Below, in pieces: positions 34,706 through 45,047 of a stretch of 64,000 nucleotides of DNA. A model generated the notes under the pieces. The model did not search any database. It was not told the DNA's origin and saw only the letters and a program-made list of their open reading frames with translations. Origin of the DNA: an uncultured virus (IMG/VR IMGVR_UViG_3300047564_001460) (taxonomy: Duplodnaviria; Heunggongvirae; Uroviricota; Caudoviricetes); the IMG/VR virus record IMGVR_UViG_3300047564_001460, one strand, 5' to 3'. Numbering within the stretch: position 1 is the stretch's first letter; each line of letters opens with the position of its first letter. Position numbers and translations under genes: made by a program.

Positions 34706-37147
34706 TTAAGCAGGGAGGTATTTGTCGGAGCTGCTGTCTTTAGCGACTTTGCCTTTTCCGACTGTTTTACGGCGGGCTTTCTGAACCCGATCCATCATTT
34801 CGTATAGTTTCCTAGCACCAGCGTTTGTAGAGCCGTTTCCAAGTTCTGAAACGATACGAGCAGGGACTACGAATTCACCGTCGGCCAAACGCGCTGGACG
34901 GTTCTGCCCAATAACCGCAGGGATAGAATCAGATACCCCATCACCAGGACCGCGCAGCAACCTACCGCCGTCAGAGTAAGAGCCAAGGTTATAAGAAAGA
35001 CTCGAAAGCCCTCCTTCAGCAAATAGTCCACCATCCGCTCCACCTTCTACTATTTTCTCGGGTTTAGTCTCTGGGTTTTTCTTCATCTCTTCAATTAACT
35101 TACCAGCAGCATCGTAGTAATTATTGTCGGCACCACGATAGCGATTATCAGCCTCACGAACAGCAGTGATGGTTTTACCATCCTTATCTTTAGTCGTAAT
35201 GATGTTGGGTTGGTAGTTAGGGTTAGCTACATACTGCTGCTTGCTCGAATCCCACGTATATTTCTTTTGGTACGAAGGACGAGGTATACCTAAAACAGAC
35301 TCAGCGTACGGACGCATAATCTCGCCCGTTGGCGTAACAGGACGTAGTGGATAAGCAGCACCAGCCTTACCCATCAAATAGTCATAAGCAGATTTAGACC
35401 CACCGGAAGTTTTATCGTATGTTGCTAGAAAGTCTTCGTAGGTTTTAGGTACGGTTGGCGTGTAGCCCAGGCTTCCACCACCTTCTGTATATTCATCGCG
35501 TACTTGCTTCATACCTGTAAACCCACCTGTTGGACGACCAGGGATATTGGGCATCGTAGTGATTGTGCCATTGGGGTTGAGTACAGCTACATCGCTACCA
35601 CCAACACCAGGAGCTAAAGCAGTTTCAGGAGCTTCATCTAATTCAGTAGGTTTGGATACACGAGTGAGTGCTTCTGTAATCGGCACACAAGCATTTTTAG
35701 CTGCGTCAAATGTATATCCGGTTGGGCAAGTTAAATTATTAAATCCACCGCCGTAACTAATTGCATCTTCTTCAACTTTTACCGTAGTTCTATTTAACCA
35801 CTCATCAACAGTCATACCGGTAGCACGTTTAAAATCGGCTTCGTTTAATTCCCATTTTTGCATCTCATTTGCAATAGCAGCACGAGACTTCAATGCCGGA
35901 TCATTAGCAAGCTGATAATTAATATTACTGCTGAGGCCCGCTAAACCACCATAAGTTTCACCAACGTTAGCAGCAGCCCCAATATCTTTGTTTGTAAGCG
36001 CGTAAACATTAGCTCCTGACACTTGTCCAGGATGCAATTGCGAAGCTTTTTGAAGGTCCGCAGCCGATACACCCCACTGATTCATAGCTGCTTGGGCTTG
36101 ATCGTAAGTAAGGTTGGGGTTAGTTGCTATGTAGTTAGCAATATTTTGGTAGTACTTGTCTAATCCAATACCACCTTCACCAGTAGCGTATTTAAGCCCT
36201 TCGGACATACCACCATCGGCCATACGAACAACCGGTTCGCTGCGATACATCAACCCCATCAGTCCACCGTCGGCAACTCCACCTTCTGCCATACCAGGAG
36301 GAATACTGTAGGGAAACTCGCGACCCGCAGCCTCTTCAGCTTTGACCGGAGGAAGTGCGGTGTACTGTTGAGCGTAGGGATCGTAGGTGTACGGACGAAT
36401 GTACGCAGTCGGCAAAGTCGTCTTTGTTTGAGGTAATCCTTTTTGGACCGCCATATCTGCAAAGACCGGAGAAGCCGCAGCAGCACCAGCCATCAACGCA
36501 GCCCTACCTCCACCCATTTGAGAAGCAAGTGAACCAAGACCGCCTTGACCGGAAGCAATTTGATACCCCCGTTGCGCTATCGCTTCTGGACCTAAAGCTG
36601 CTCTTGTAGCCGCAAGTTGTTCGGGTGTGGCAGTTGCCCCCATTAATTTAGCTAGTTCGGGTTGTGACAAACCAGACATCGAAATATCACCAGACGCAGC
36701 TACAGCTTCTGGGCTAACCAATGCAGACATACCTTCGCCTGTAAGAGCCTTAGCCCCTAACCCTTCCATTGCACCACCAAACTGAGCACCACCATAAGCA
36801 CCAAGCCCAGCCATGATGCCTTTACCCAAATCACCAGTGCGTAAGGCTTCAACTCCACCTACTAGCAGACCTGTACCGACAGTGCCGCTTGCGCCAATCA
36901 TGGAGCCAATAGCAGAACCAACACCAGGAGCAACCAAGTTAAGGCCGAAACCAATAAGCGCAGGTAGTAACGATTTCAGGAACCCAGCTTCAGGGAGCCC
37001 AGTCTCGGGGTTGATTGTCAGTGACCCACCGTGTGCTTTTGCAAGTGCTTGCAAACTGCGAACTTCTTCCGGGGCCATGTGAACAAGCATGGTGTCAGGA
37101 CCTCGACCCTTCGAGGCTAATTCATTGGCGATTATGGCTAGGCTCAT
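34706..37147 (-). CDS. Internal virion protein with terminal GRGPDTMLVH and GPGDGVSDSIPA..GEFVVP modules
   Basis: TINPETGLPEA motif, hydrophobic Gly-rich segment, tape-measure-like C-terminal motif. Confidence 0.7.
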   Translation of the reverse strand: MSLAIIANELASKGRGPDTMLVHMAPEEVRSLQALAKAHGGSLTINPETGLPEAGFLKSLLPALIGFGLNLVAPGVGSAIGSMIGASGTVGTGLLVGGVEALRTGDLGKGIMAGLGAYGGAQFGGAMEGLGAKALTGEGMSALVSPEAVAASGDISMSGLSQPELAKLMGATATPEQLAATRAALGPEAIAQRGYQIASGQGGLGSLASQMGGGRAALMAGAAAASPVFADMAVQKGLPQTKTTLPTAYIRPYTYDPYAQQYTALPPVKAEEAAGREFPYSIPPGMAEGGVADGGLMGLMYRSEPVVRMADGGMSEGLKYATGEGGIGLDKYYQNIANYIATNPNLTYDQAQAAMNQWGVSAADLQKASQLHPGQVSGANVYALTNKDIGAAANVGETYGGLAGLSSNINYQLANDPALKSRAAIANEMQKWELNEADFKRATGMTVDEWLNRTTVKVEEDAISYGGGFNNLTCPTGYTFDAAKNACVPITEALTRVSKPTELDEAPETALAPGVGGSDVAVLNPNGTITTMPNIPGRPTGGFTGMKQVRDEYTEGGGSLGYTPTVPKTYEDFLATYDKTSGGSKSAYDYLMGKAGAAYPLRPVTPTGEIMRPYAESVLGIPRPSYQKKYTWDSSKQQYVANPNYQPNIITTKDKDGKTITAVREADNRYRGADNNYYDAAGKLIEEMKKNPETKPEKIVEGGADGGLFAEGGLSSLSYNLGSYSDGGRLLRGPGDGVSDSIPAVIGQNRPARLADGEFVVPARIVSELGNGSTNAGARKLYEMMDRVQKARRKTVGKGKVAKDSSSDKYLPA

Positions 37148-37177
37148 TGTTGCCCCTTTGGAACAATTTTGATCATT

Positions 37178-38572
37178 TTATTGGGTTAGGTCGTAGAAGG
37201 AAATAGACCCGACACCATCTCCTTTAGTTGCACCAGATACAGTCCTTACACCTAGCGTATAAATATCGCTCACTCCGGCAATTGTCGCACCTAATTGAAG
37301 ATCCCAGTTGTAGCCTGTAGCTGCGGAAGTATTTACCGTACCGCCACTACCCGTTGATGTGACGTAATCTGTTTGAACAATGGTTCCACCACTCATCGCT
37401 GTAGCAGCCACATCATAATCAACATTGGAATCAGACGGCACAGTTGCCGCCCAAGTTGCTCCAGTAAGCGTGGTGTTTTTGACTAGCGCCACTTCATAGT
37501 TCTGGCTGGTTAACGGTAAAAACTGTGTACGGTTGGGTAACACCACTGCCCCAGTGCGTCCAGAAGCAAGACGGATGGACACAATAGGATAAAACGCTGC
37601 TGTATCAATATTAGTAAACGATGTGGTGCGCCTTGCTACATGGTCAATAGAGGTCTGTTCAAATCCACCCTCGGAAACAACCGAGCAGCAAATAGACTTC
37701 ATGCTGGCCGCAACCGCAGACGTGGCTGAACTGATCTCATACCTAACCGGCAAAATAGCCGTGGTCATATAAACGTTGGAGATGTCGTTCGCATTGTTAA
37801 ATGTATGGCAAACGATGTACTGACCATTAATAATAAATCCGCAGCGGATCGATCCAACACCGAGCCACTCAAAATCCATCCAGAGAATCTGCGCCTTGCT
37901 AGGGTCAAGTGTAAAACCTGACTCACCTGTACCGTCTAACTTGTCGCCGTTCCAATTAGCTTGGTTTACTGTCCTTGCATCAGATGCTGTACCTGTTACA
38001 TAAGACCGTAGAACAAACGAATAAGTACCATCCACCCTTTGAAAAAATACGCCGTTTTGGTCGTTGTAGTAACCAACCCGCTGCGTTAGATTTAAGCTTT
38101 GACTGCTATCCATCACAAAGGTTGCAAGCACCAACAAGCCCTTCCCCGGCTGATAAGGGAAGGACCGATAAGACTGACGGGTAACTGAGCCTACACCCGC
38201 GCCTGTAACTTCCATCTTGACGGCTGCTTCGTTAGGGAGAAAAGTAGTTGTACCGGTTCCTGTAGTTGATACATCAAATTGATTGTCGGCGGCATACCTA
38301 TTCTGACTATCAAAAAGGGTGTAAGGCTGACTTACACGCTGCCGACCAAACGCATCAAAATAAGTTCCGGGCAACGTGACCGTACCCGAAATTGGGAGTG
38401 TGGATGTAGTTGCCATAAGCCTTGCCAAAAAGTCATCGATACGATTGAAGTACAGACGTAAGACGTTGCTGTATTGATCTTGGAACCGTTGGTCCCATTC
38501 ACGAGGAGCTAACGGAAGATTAGGCGCAGCAATCTTATCTAGCGTGTACTCAGTGGTAACGACAAAGCTCAT
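37178..38572 (-). CDS. Virion structural (tail) protein
   Basis: APNLPLAP..LRLYFNRID N-terminus; beta-rich DAFGRQRVS domain. Confidence 0.65.
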   Translation of the reverse strand: MSFVVTTEYTLDKIAAPNLPLAPREWDQRFQDQYSNVLRLYFNRIDDFLARLMATTSTLPISGTVTLPGTYFDAFGRQRVSQPYTLFDSQNRYAADNQFDVSTTGTGTTTFLPNEAAVKMEVTGAGVGSVTRQSYRSFPYQPGKGLLVLATFVMDSSQSLNLTQRVGYYNDQNGVFFQRVDGTYSFVLRSYVTGTASDARTVNQANWNGDKLDGTGESGFTLDPSKAQILWMDFEWLGVGSIRCGFIINGQYIVCHTFNNANDISNVYMTTAILPVRYEISSATSAVAASMKSICCSVVSEGGFEQTSIDHVARRTTSFTNIDTAAFYPIVSIRLASGRTGAVVLPNRTQFLPLTSQNYEVALVKNTTLTGATWAATVPSDSNVDYDVAATAMSGGTIVQTDYVTSTGSGGTVNTSAATGYNWDLQLGATIAGVSDIYTLGVRTVSGATKGDGVGSISFYDLTQ

Positions 38573-38573
38573 G

Positions 38574-40667
38574 TTAGCGTCTGCCGTCAGGACGAATATC
38601 AATACGTGGTGCGCCCAACTGCCACGTCGTATTAAGCTGGTTTGACTCGATCTTAAAAATCATTTGTCTTCCGCGCATACGTGTAAAGATTTGCCCAGTA
38701 AATTCCTCAGTAATGACATAAGTCGAGCTACTAGCTACTTGCGCACTAGCAGACGATAGGGAGCCTGAACCTGAGTTGTACAGCCCGTACAGTGTCATCG
38801 TAACTTGAGGTGAAGTACCAGTCGGCGTATTTTCCGAATTTGAAAAAGTTAAGTCGGGTAACACACGCCACACAAAGCCAAAGTTGTGCCCATCACCAAT
38901 ATCAAACTCAGACGAAGAGATATTAGCCGCAATAGCTACTTCAGTACCGGTTTCGTTATTGTTTAACCCATTTTCGTGATTAACGATGTTATTCCTATAT
39001 GTAGCTGCAACAGGGTAGTCTCTTAAATCCGTGTCGAGCCAAGCGGTGCGATCAAGCGTCCCGTAATACCAAATACGTTCTTGGTAGTTGTACACCACAT
39101 ACTTATCAACAGTCGTAGAGCTAGCAGAGCAATAAAACCACCAAACTTCGTTAAACCCTTCGTTAGTCCCTGCAAATATTTGTGCGTACTGACTTTTATT
39201 TATGTCATTAAATACATACCTGCGAAGATCGCAATTCAACGTCTGCACACGACCGTCGTACAAATAAAATTTATCAACACCCATCCAATACACAATACCG
39301 GACGCAAGGGCTACGCAGTTCTGCCCGACAATCGATATATTGTCACCGAGCAGTTGTGAACCCCAAACATACGGAGGACCTAAATACTGCAAGGAGTACA
39401 CCGATGCGTCGGTGAATACAACAATTTCCTGACGTGCTTGTATTGCGGTAACAATCTCTGATCCATGTGATAGCCGAACCGACCCAGCTTGATTTGTGGC
39501 GTTTGGAGTCCAGTTGTACGGATCGTCTTGATTTGACCAACGAATGAGCATGGGGTCCTGAGCAGAGCTGCCGTAATCGTTTGCTCCATACGCCAGGATA
39601 AACCGCGAAGTATCAGAAACAGTTATATAGTTTTGTATTGATGGGACATCTTCTAAAAGAGAGACATACGCACCTGATGCTGCACTTGTTGTCGCATTTA
39701 CGACAGCGCCAGCGGAGTCCAATAATTGGAAAGATAACCCATCAACGTTGTAAACGTAATAAGTAGTGTTCGCGCTTATTCCTGTCGGCAAACCACCTCC
39801 AGTTGTGTAATTAAACTGGATAGCAGCACCTTCGGTAAGAAGTAAATTGGTAGCAGTAACAACAGCGGGAGAAGCTATAGGTATTGTAACAGCGCCAAAA
39901 GTAGAAGAAGGGGTACGTAATAAATACCCCCGCGTACCGACACCATTTGTTGCATCCCAGTAGTACAAACCACCACCACGAGGGCCAAACACAAGGTCTT
40001 CACCATAGTTGCTTTGGCTCCACAAACGGATAGTAGTAATGGTAGTACCACCAAAACCCCATGTTGTGCCTGTTTGACCCCAAGAACCAGCGCCCCAACC
40101 AACAACAGGTACACCTACAGCAGAACCAACATTAATTTGATACGCAGCAACAACCGCAGAGCCGCCATAACTACCAGCAGTTAGAGCAGAGGGGGCAGTG
40201 ATGTAATAAGAGTTTACGTCTTTTACTGTTATTTGAAACTCATTATTAAGAATTGTGGAGTAGGTACCTGTAGCCCCGCTGAAGGTTACAAAATCTCCAG
40301 TAACACAACCATGAAGAGTATCAGTAACAGTAACCGTCGTCGTACCGTCAGCAGAAAAAGGATCCGTACCAAGAGTCACAGTTTCTCGGATGGGAGTAAT
40401 GTCGTAGTAAGTGCCGCCGCGCTCAATATAAAATTTAAGATTTGTACCGACACCGAGGAGGTTAAGCCCCCCTAATGTGATCCAATTCCAAAGCGATCGG
40501 CAAACACCTAAAAACGTATTAGCAGAAATGCGATTCCAACCGCCGATTACTTCGGGCGTGCCTTGACGAAAACGAACTTTGTCACAGTCGTACCAACCAC
40601 CTTCGGTCGTATACCGAGTATTTTCTCGGTTGACTCCAGGTTTAAAAAGTATTTTTTGAAGTGGCAT
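38574..40667 (-). CDS. Tail tubular/stabilization protein (P22 gp10 / T7 gp12-like nozzle)
   Basis: Beta-propeller-like composition, IRWSNQ.D...W, size and position. Confidence 0.75.
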   Translation of the reverse strand: MPLQKILFKPGVNRENTRYTTEGGWYDCDKVRFRQGTPEVIGGWNRISANTFLGVCRSLWNWITLGGLNLLGVGTNLKFYIERGGTYYDITPIRETVTLGTDPFSADGTTTVTVTDTLHGCVTGDFVTFSGATGTYSTILNNEFQITVKDVNSYYITAPSALTAGSYGGSAVVAAYQINVGSAVGVPVVGWGAGSWGQTGTTWGFGGTTITTIRLWSQSNYGEDLVFGPRGGGLYYWDATNGVGTRGYLLRTPSSTFGAVTIPIASPAVVTATNLLLTEGAAIQFNYTTGGGLPTGISANTTYYVYNVDGLSFQLLDSAGAVVNATTSAASGAYVSLLEDVPSIQNYITVSDTSRFILAYGANDYGSSAQDPMLIRWSNQDDPYNWTPNATNQAGSVRLSHGSEIVTAIQARQEIVVFTDASVYSLQYLGPPYVWGSQLLGDNISIVGQNCVALASGIVYWMGVDKFYLYDGRVQTLNCDLRRYVFNDINKSQYAQIFAGTNEGFNEVWWFYCSASSTTVDKYVVYNYQERIWYYGTLDRTAWLDTDLRDYPVAATYRNNIVNHENGLNNNETGTEVAIAANISSSEFDIGDGHNFGFVWRVLPDLTFSNSENTPTGTSPQVTMTLYGLYNSGSGSLSSASAQVASSSTYVITEEFTGQIFTRMRGRQMIFKIESNQLNTTWQLGAPRIDIRPDGRR

Positions 40668-41188
40668 TACGCACCCCGTAGGTACAGCGCTTTTTCAGCT
40701 TTGCGGCGGCGCACCAATCCCGGTAACACTTTGCCGCCACCCATAGTCCACATCATAAACGCTTCTGCTGCGCCTTCATAGTCGGCACGGTTGTTCTTTA
40801 TTCTTATCGAAGACCGCTGGTAATTGCCGACTCCAGCGTTGAACGCAAAACTGACCACAGCGTCGAAGCTTGACTGACGGCCAGCAAGATTAGGAGACAT
40901 TCTAAGTACACCGCGTTCAAAACGGACGAGATCATCCTCAAAAAGGCGATCAATCTCCTCCTGCGTCCAAGTGCGATTATCTTGGGCTGCGAGCGGGTAG
41001 TCCTTGCGAAGGATGCCGGTATAGCCATCTTTCCTCAATACAGGTAGCTTGATCTGATCTTGGTATAAAACGTGACCGTAACCAATCGTCCAAATATGAG
41101 CAGGGCATAAGTAGGGCTTAAGACTCTTGCCTTCAAAACTGTGCATCAAATCAATGCCAGCCTGCCCTGTCTTCATTTTTTCTGCCAA
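40667..41188 (-). CDS. Endolysin, GH24 lysozyme
   Basis: FEG..L.PYLCPA..WTIGYGH, FDAVVSFAFNAG, LPGLVRRRKAE. Confidence 0.93.
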   Translation of the reverse strand: MAEKMKTGQAGIDLMHSFEGKSLKPYLCPAHIWTIGYGHVLYQDQIKLPVLRKDGYTGILRKDYPLAAQDNRTWTQEEIDRLFEDDLVRFERGVLRMSPNLAGRQSSFDAVVSFAFNAGVGNYQRSSIRIKNNRADYEGAAEAFMMWTMGGGKVLPGLVRRRKAEKALYLRGA

Positions 41189-41676
41189 CTACGGGAGCCA
41201 AACCAAAACCCAATGATGCCGCCAAGCATTGCCATCTCATCATCAGAAAAGATAATCGCGCTGACTCGGATCAAGTCGTCAATGTTTTGCACAAGGTGAG
41301 GGTGCTGCCAGACGTAATACGCAAGCACAGCGTTGATAGCGATCAGTTCCAAGATGAGCAAGTAAGTGACGTTAGGCCGCACCGTACCAATGTAATTCAC
41401 CACCCACTTGCTAGACTTCTCAATGATCTGCTTGTCGTGATCCAGTGCTGCAACTGTCATTTGAGCGTCAGTCTGCATGGCGATCTGGTCGGTGCGGATT
41501 TCTTCCACACGCTGCTGAGCAATGTAGCCTTCCTTGGCTAAGGCTAACTCTCGCTCCGATTGCATCCTTGCAAGCTCAAGCTCATGGGCTTGATCGGCTT
41601 TGTTTTGGAAGTAATCAAGCAGTTTGGGCAGACCCGAGATCAGCAGCCCACCTAGTGTGGATAGGAGTGAAAGCAT
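41173..41676 (-). CDS. Holin-like membrane protein
   Basis: Hydrophobic segments, VRP, C-terminal GFWFGSR; adjacent to the endolysin. Confidence 0.7.
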   Translation of the reverse strand: MLSLLSTLGGLLISGLPKLLDYFQNKADQAHELELARMQSERELALAKEGYIAQQRVEEIRTDQIAMQTDAQMTVAALDHDKQIIEKSSKWVVNYIGTVRPNVTYLLILELIAINAVLAYYVWQHPHLVQNIDDLIRVSAIIFSDDEMAMLGGIIGFWFGSRSWQKK

Positions 41677-41678
41677 GA

Positions 41679-42095
41679 TTACCCCTTAGCCGTTACGATG
41701 TCTTGACCTTTTTTGACCGTTACTTTGCTGCCCTCAACGTCTACCTGCATGGGTTGCTCGGCACGGTCTAGCTTGTCAAGACGTTGGATCAAGTCTTTAA
41801 TAACTTCAAACTCGGGTTTTTCTTGCTTAGCAGCAGTTCCTGCGATGCCGTTGAGCATCTGGATCAAGGCGGTTAACGAAGCACCGAGCAAGCCCATAAC
41901 AGCCGCGATTTTTTCACCGTCGAGGAATAACGATGCCCCAACGCCAACGAGTACGATTAAGAAGATATAAAGCAGCCCATCTTCACCAATGGCTTTACCT
42001 GCTACTTCTTTGGCCGAGTCTTGTGCTTTAAGCTCTTCAAGCCGAATCTTGGCTTGCGCCTTGAGTACAGCCAGCTCGTGGGTTTTGTCGTCCAT
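41679..42095 (-). CDS. Two-TM membrane protein (lysis-associated?)
   Basis: Two hydrophobic helices. Confidence 0.6.
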   Translation of the reverse strand: MDDKTHELAVLKAQAKIRLEELKAQDSAKEVAGKAIGEDGLLYIFLIVLVGVGASLFLDGEKIAAVMGLLGASLTALIQMLNGIAGTAAKQEKPEFEVIKDLIQRLDKLDRAEQPMQVDVEGSKVTVKKGQDIVTAKG

Positions 42096-42257
42096 TTACT
42101 GCTCTGCTTTTACTTCAGGGGCTACTTGAAGTTGTGGCGATACTTGCTCTTGGATGGCTTGTACGATTTGAAATACTTCGCCATAAGGCCGTGTGCCTAG
42201 ATACCCCATGATGTTGTTCATCAGAGAAAGTTTTACGGTTACGTCTTGATCGTTCAT
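42096..42257 (-). CDS. 53-aa protein (MNDQDVTVKL...RPYGEVFQIV)
   Basis: Fills the gap, GGAG RBS, ATGA overlap; missed by the ORF track. Confidence 0.65.
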   Translation of the reverse strand: MNDQDVTVKLSLMNNIMGYLGTRPYGEVFQIVQAIQEQVSPQLQVAPEVKAEQ

Positions 42258-42577
42258 GCTTGGCTCCAAGGTAGGGGTGGAGAAATTATTGGCGGGTCAA
42301 TCTGATTCTGTATTTGCTGCGCCACTGCTGCTTCGGCTGAATCTTTGTCCACACCGTTGGCCCAGCACCAGTCAATAACCTGTAGTTCCCTAAACCGGCT
42401 AATAGGTGATAAGTTTGTTCCGCTTTCAACGGAAAACAAGCATATACCGCAGACCTGACTTTCGTAAGTACCGTCCGCACCAGTGCATCGCCAATGAGCG
42501 GTGAATACGTAATTTACCCCTTCAGTGGTTTGTGGGACAAAATCTGAGGAATCGACTGTCCAGTTGTAAGTGATCAT
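42254..42577 (-). CDS. Tail-fibre-associated small protein
   Basis: YNW...HWRC...PLPW motif typical next to fibre genes. Confidence 0.6.
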   Translation of the reverse strand: MITYNWTVDSSDFVPQTTEGVNYVFTAHWRCTGADGTYESQVCGICLFSVESGTNLSPISRFRELQVIDWCWANGVDKDSAEAAVAQQIQNQIDPPIISPPLPWSQA

Positions 42578-42618
42578 AGTTGAGTGCCCATCTGGTTCGG
42601 TTGTGGTATATTTTTACC

Positions 42619-43446
42619 CTATCTAAATGACGCATAACAAATAGCAGGCTCAAACTCATCAGTAAGAGAGCAAGTCACTGATCTTCCCCCGGTACTAGAC
42701 ACTACAAATGATGCCCCGCTTGTACGAAAACCGACACTGATAGGATACCCATCTATAAAATAATTACGTGTAAGATTTGTCCAAGTAATATTACCCCCTT
42801 CCCCAAAATATCCAACCGACCCCCCATTACCAAATAAACAGCCGTCTGCCGATACGTTTACGGTTTGACTGCTATTGTTGCTAGTTGTGGTTGCTGTTGC
42901 GGTAGCAGTTGCGCTTGAAAGGTTTACGGCAGTGTAAGTAGCAATCCCATTCTGAGATACATTTTTATTGAAGGTAGCGACAATATTTGCGGTAGTACCC
43001 GAAGTTACTGGTGAATCGGTTATACAAATAGCAGCAAGAGTGCGATTGTTCACTATAGATACGGCGATTGTTGTCGATTGCCCTCCGACCGTAACTGAAG
43101 AAAGTGAAAGCCCCGAAGTACCAGCATTTTCTTGAGCGTTTACTAGAACAATAACTCGTCTTCCAGCGCTGGCAGTCCCAATCGAAAAACCTGAATAAGT
43201 TATGGTTGACGCAGCGGGTGATTGATTGAGTAATGTAGAAGCGACGTAAGCAAATGTGGGAGCATTTGACTTACCATAAAAGTTCGTCGGCATTGTAATT
43301 TGCCCAGAAGGAACCCCCGCAAGTGTGCGAACATTAGTGTCGTTAAGCGAAATCTGACCTGAAGCTGACTGACCTAACTCAACAGCAATAGATTGCCCCG
43401 AAGTGGAACCTGCAAGACTAATTGGGCCAGAAGAATTTAAAGCCAT
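42619..43446 (-). CDS. Fibre tip/adhesin-like protein
   Basis: MALNSSGPISL...NFYGKS N-terminus; Ser/Thr-rich beta domain. Confidence 0.65.
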   Translation of the reverse strand: MALNSSGPISLAGSTSGQSIAVELGQSASGQISLNDTNVRTLAGVPSGQITMPTNFYGKSNAPTFAYVASTLLNQSPAASTITYSGFSIGTASAGRRVIVLVNAQENAGTSGLSLSSVTVGGQSTTIAVSIVNNRTLAAICITDSPVTSGTTANIVATFNKNVSQNGIATYTAVNLSSATATATATTTSNNSSQTVNVSADGCLFGNGGSVGYFGEGGNITWTNLTRNYFIDGYPISVGFRTSGASFVVSSTGGRSVTCSLTDEFEPAICYASFR

Positions 43447-45038
43447 TACTCACCCCTCAACGCTTTGACCTCTGCACGAAGTTCTTTGATCGCCTCAATT
43501 AGTAGGGGAATCATCTTCTCATACCGCACGGTTAAGTATCGTTCATCAATAGGCGCAGGGACTACAACCTCTGGAAGAACGGCTTGCACTTGTTGGGCAG
43601 ATACACCTACTTCTCGTACAGGTTCATATCCAAGATCTTGCGCGGTTTGATTAGCCTCATAGAAGAATCCTTCTAACTGACAAATTTTGTCAAGCGCGTT
43701 TTCAATACTGCCAAGCCTTGTTTTAAGGCGGTCATCCGAGTAGTACGCAGTAACGTTGTTAGTAGCGCGAATTTCTCCGGCTGTACCTGATGCACCCGTA
43801 CCCACCCCAAGCGAATTTACTTGGTAATTATTCCCTGTATTTAGAGCGTTTGCGGTTGTTGCGGTTGTTGCGGTTGTAGCAGACGTAGCAGAAGTGGCAG
43901 AAGTGGCCGTTGAAGCGTTTCCATTTAACGTAGCAGTAATCGTACCTGCACTAAAGTTGCCTGAAGCATCTCTTGCTACGATAGTCAAAGCGGTATTTGC
44001 GTTTGTGGCATTTGATGTTACGGTAAAAGTAACATTGCTTGCTTGGTTAGCTGTAAACGTCTGTGACCCAGAAAGACCTGTTCCGGCAACAGCAAGCGTC
44101 AAAGTCCCATTATTTGGTGTACTTACAGCAGCCCAAGAAGGTGCAGAGGTGCCGTTCGACTGTAATACATACCCAGCCGTACCCGCCGCTAAAAAAGCAG
44201 TAGCACCAGACCCAGTGTTATAGGGTATCTGCCCAGCCCCACCACCGGCAAGATTAGTAGCTGTCGTTGCAGACGTAGCACTCGTAGCAGAAGTGGCGGA
44301 AGTAGCTGTTGAAGCGTTTCCGTTTAACGCCGCAGTAATTATACCCGCACTAAAGTTTCCTGAAGCATCCCGCTGAACAATCGTCGAGGCAGTATTTGCA
44401 TTAGTAGCTTGCGTCCAAGTGGGTACACTAGCTCCACCAGAAGTTAAAACATAACCGGCTGTACCCGCTGAAGTGACCGCATAAGCAGTACCCGTCCCAT
44501 AAGCCACCCCACCCGCAGTAGGGCTAGCTGTACTGTTTGTACCCCCAGAAGCGACTGGTAATGCTGACCCAAGAGTAATACCACCGGCAAAATAATTAAT
44601 TTGCTCAACGGCATTCGTACCATCGGTGAAAATGGCTACTTTTTTACCGTCAGGAATAACAACCCCAGTCCCTGCTGCGGTCGTACCGCTAATCGCTGTA
44701 GCTACATAGAACGTACACTGATAACCAGTATTGTTCCAAATAACAAAGGTTCTAGCTATGGGAGGCGCATACAACTCAAAGTTTGCAGACAACGTACCCG
44801 CGTTTAATTTAAGGCAGTTGTATTTAGCTTGTGTATACGTTGGAGACCCAGAAAGACTTGGGTCAGAAAAAGTAAGAGCTTGTTTGTTTGCAGTCGGCGT
44901 AATGGTCACAGCTACATATGCCAACATGCTGTCAACCATCCAAGTAATGCCGCTATTCACAGCATTGCCCCATGCACCATCCAACTCACCCTGGGTGGGT
45001 AAGGCCAACTTCAAATTGGTTGAGTAAGCTGTAGCCAT
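43446..45038 (-). CDS. Tail fibre with C-terminal peptidase S74 intramolecular chaperone
   Basis: YSDDRLK...GVSAQQVQAVLPEVV...LLIEAIKEL; internal SAT repeats. Confidence 0.85.
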   Translation of the reverse strand: MATAYSTNLKLALPTQGELDGAWGNAVNSGITWMVDSMLAYVAVTITPTANKQALTFSDPSLSGSPTYTQAKYNCLKLNAGTLSANFELYAPPIARTFVIWNNTGYQCTFYVATAISGTTAAGTGVVIPDGKKVAIFTDGTNAVEQINYFAGGITLGSALPVASGGTNSTASPTAGGVAYGTGTAYAVTSAGTAGYVLTSGGASVPTWTQATNANTASTIVQRDASGNFSAGIITAALNGNASTATSATSATSATSATTATNLAGGGAGQIPYNTGSGATAFLAAGTAGYVLQSNGTSAPSWAAVSTPNNGTLTLAVAGTGLSGSQTFTANQASNVTFTVTSNATNANTALTIVARDASGNFSAGTITATLNGNASTATSATSATSATTATTATTANALNTGNNYQVNSLGVGTGASGTAGEIRATNNVTAYYSDDRLKTRLGSIENALDKICQLEGFFYEANQTAQDLGYEPVREVGVSAQQVQAVLPEVVVPAPIDERYLTVRYEKMIPLLIEAIKELRAEVKALRGE

Positions 45039-45047
45039 TTAATGCTC

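Noticed and set aside
43678..43693. CTGACAAATTTTGTCA as a late-arm copy of the palindrome
   Set aside because: Spacer is longer and it lies in coding sequence; likely chance
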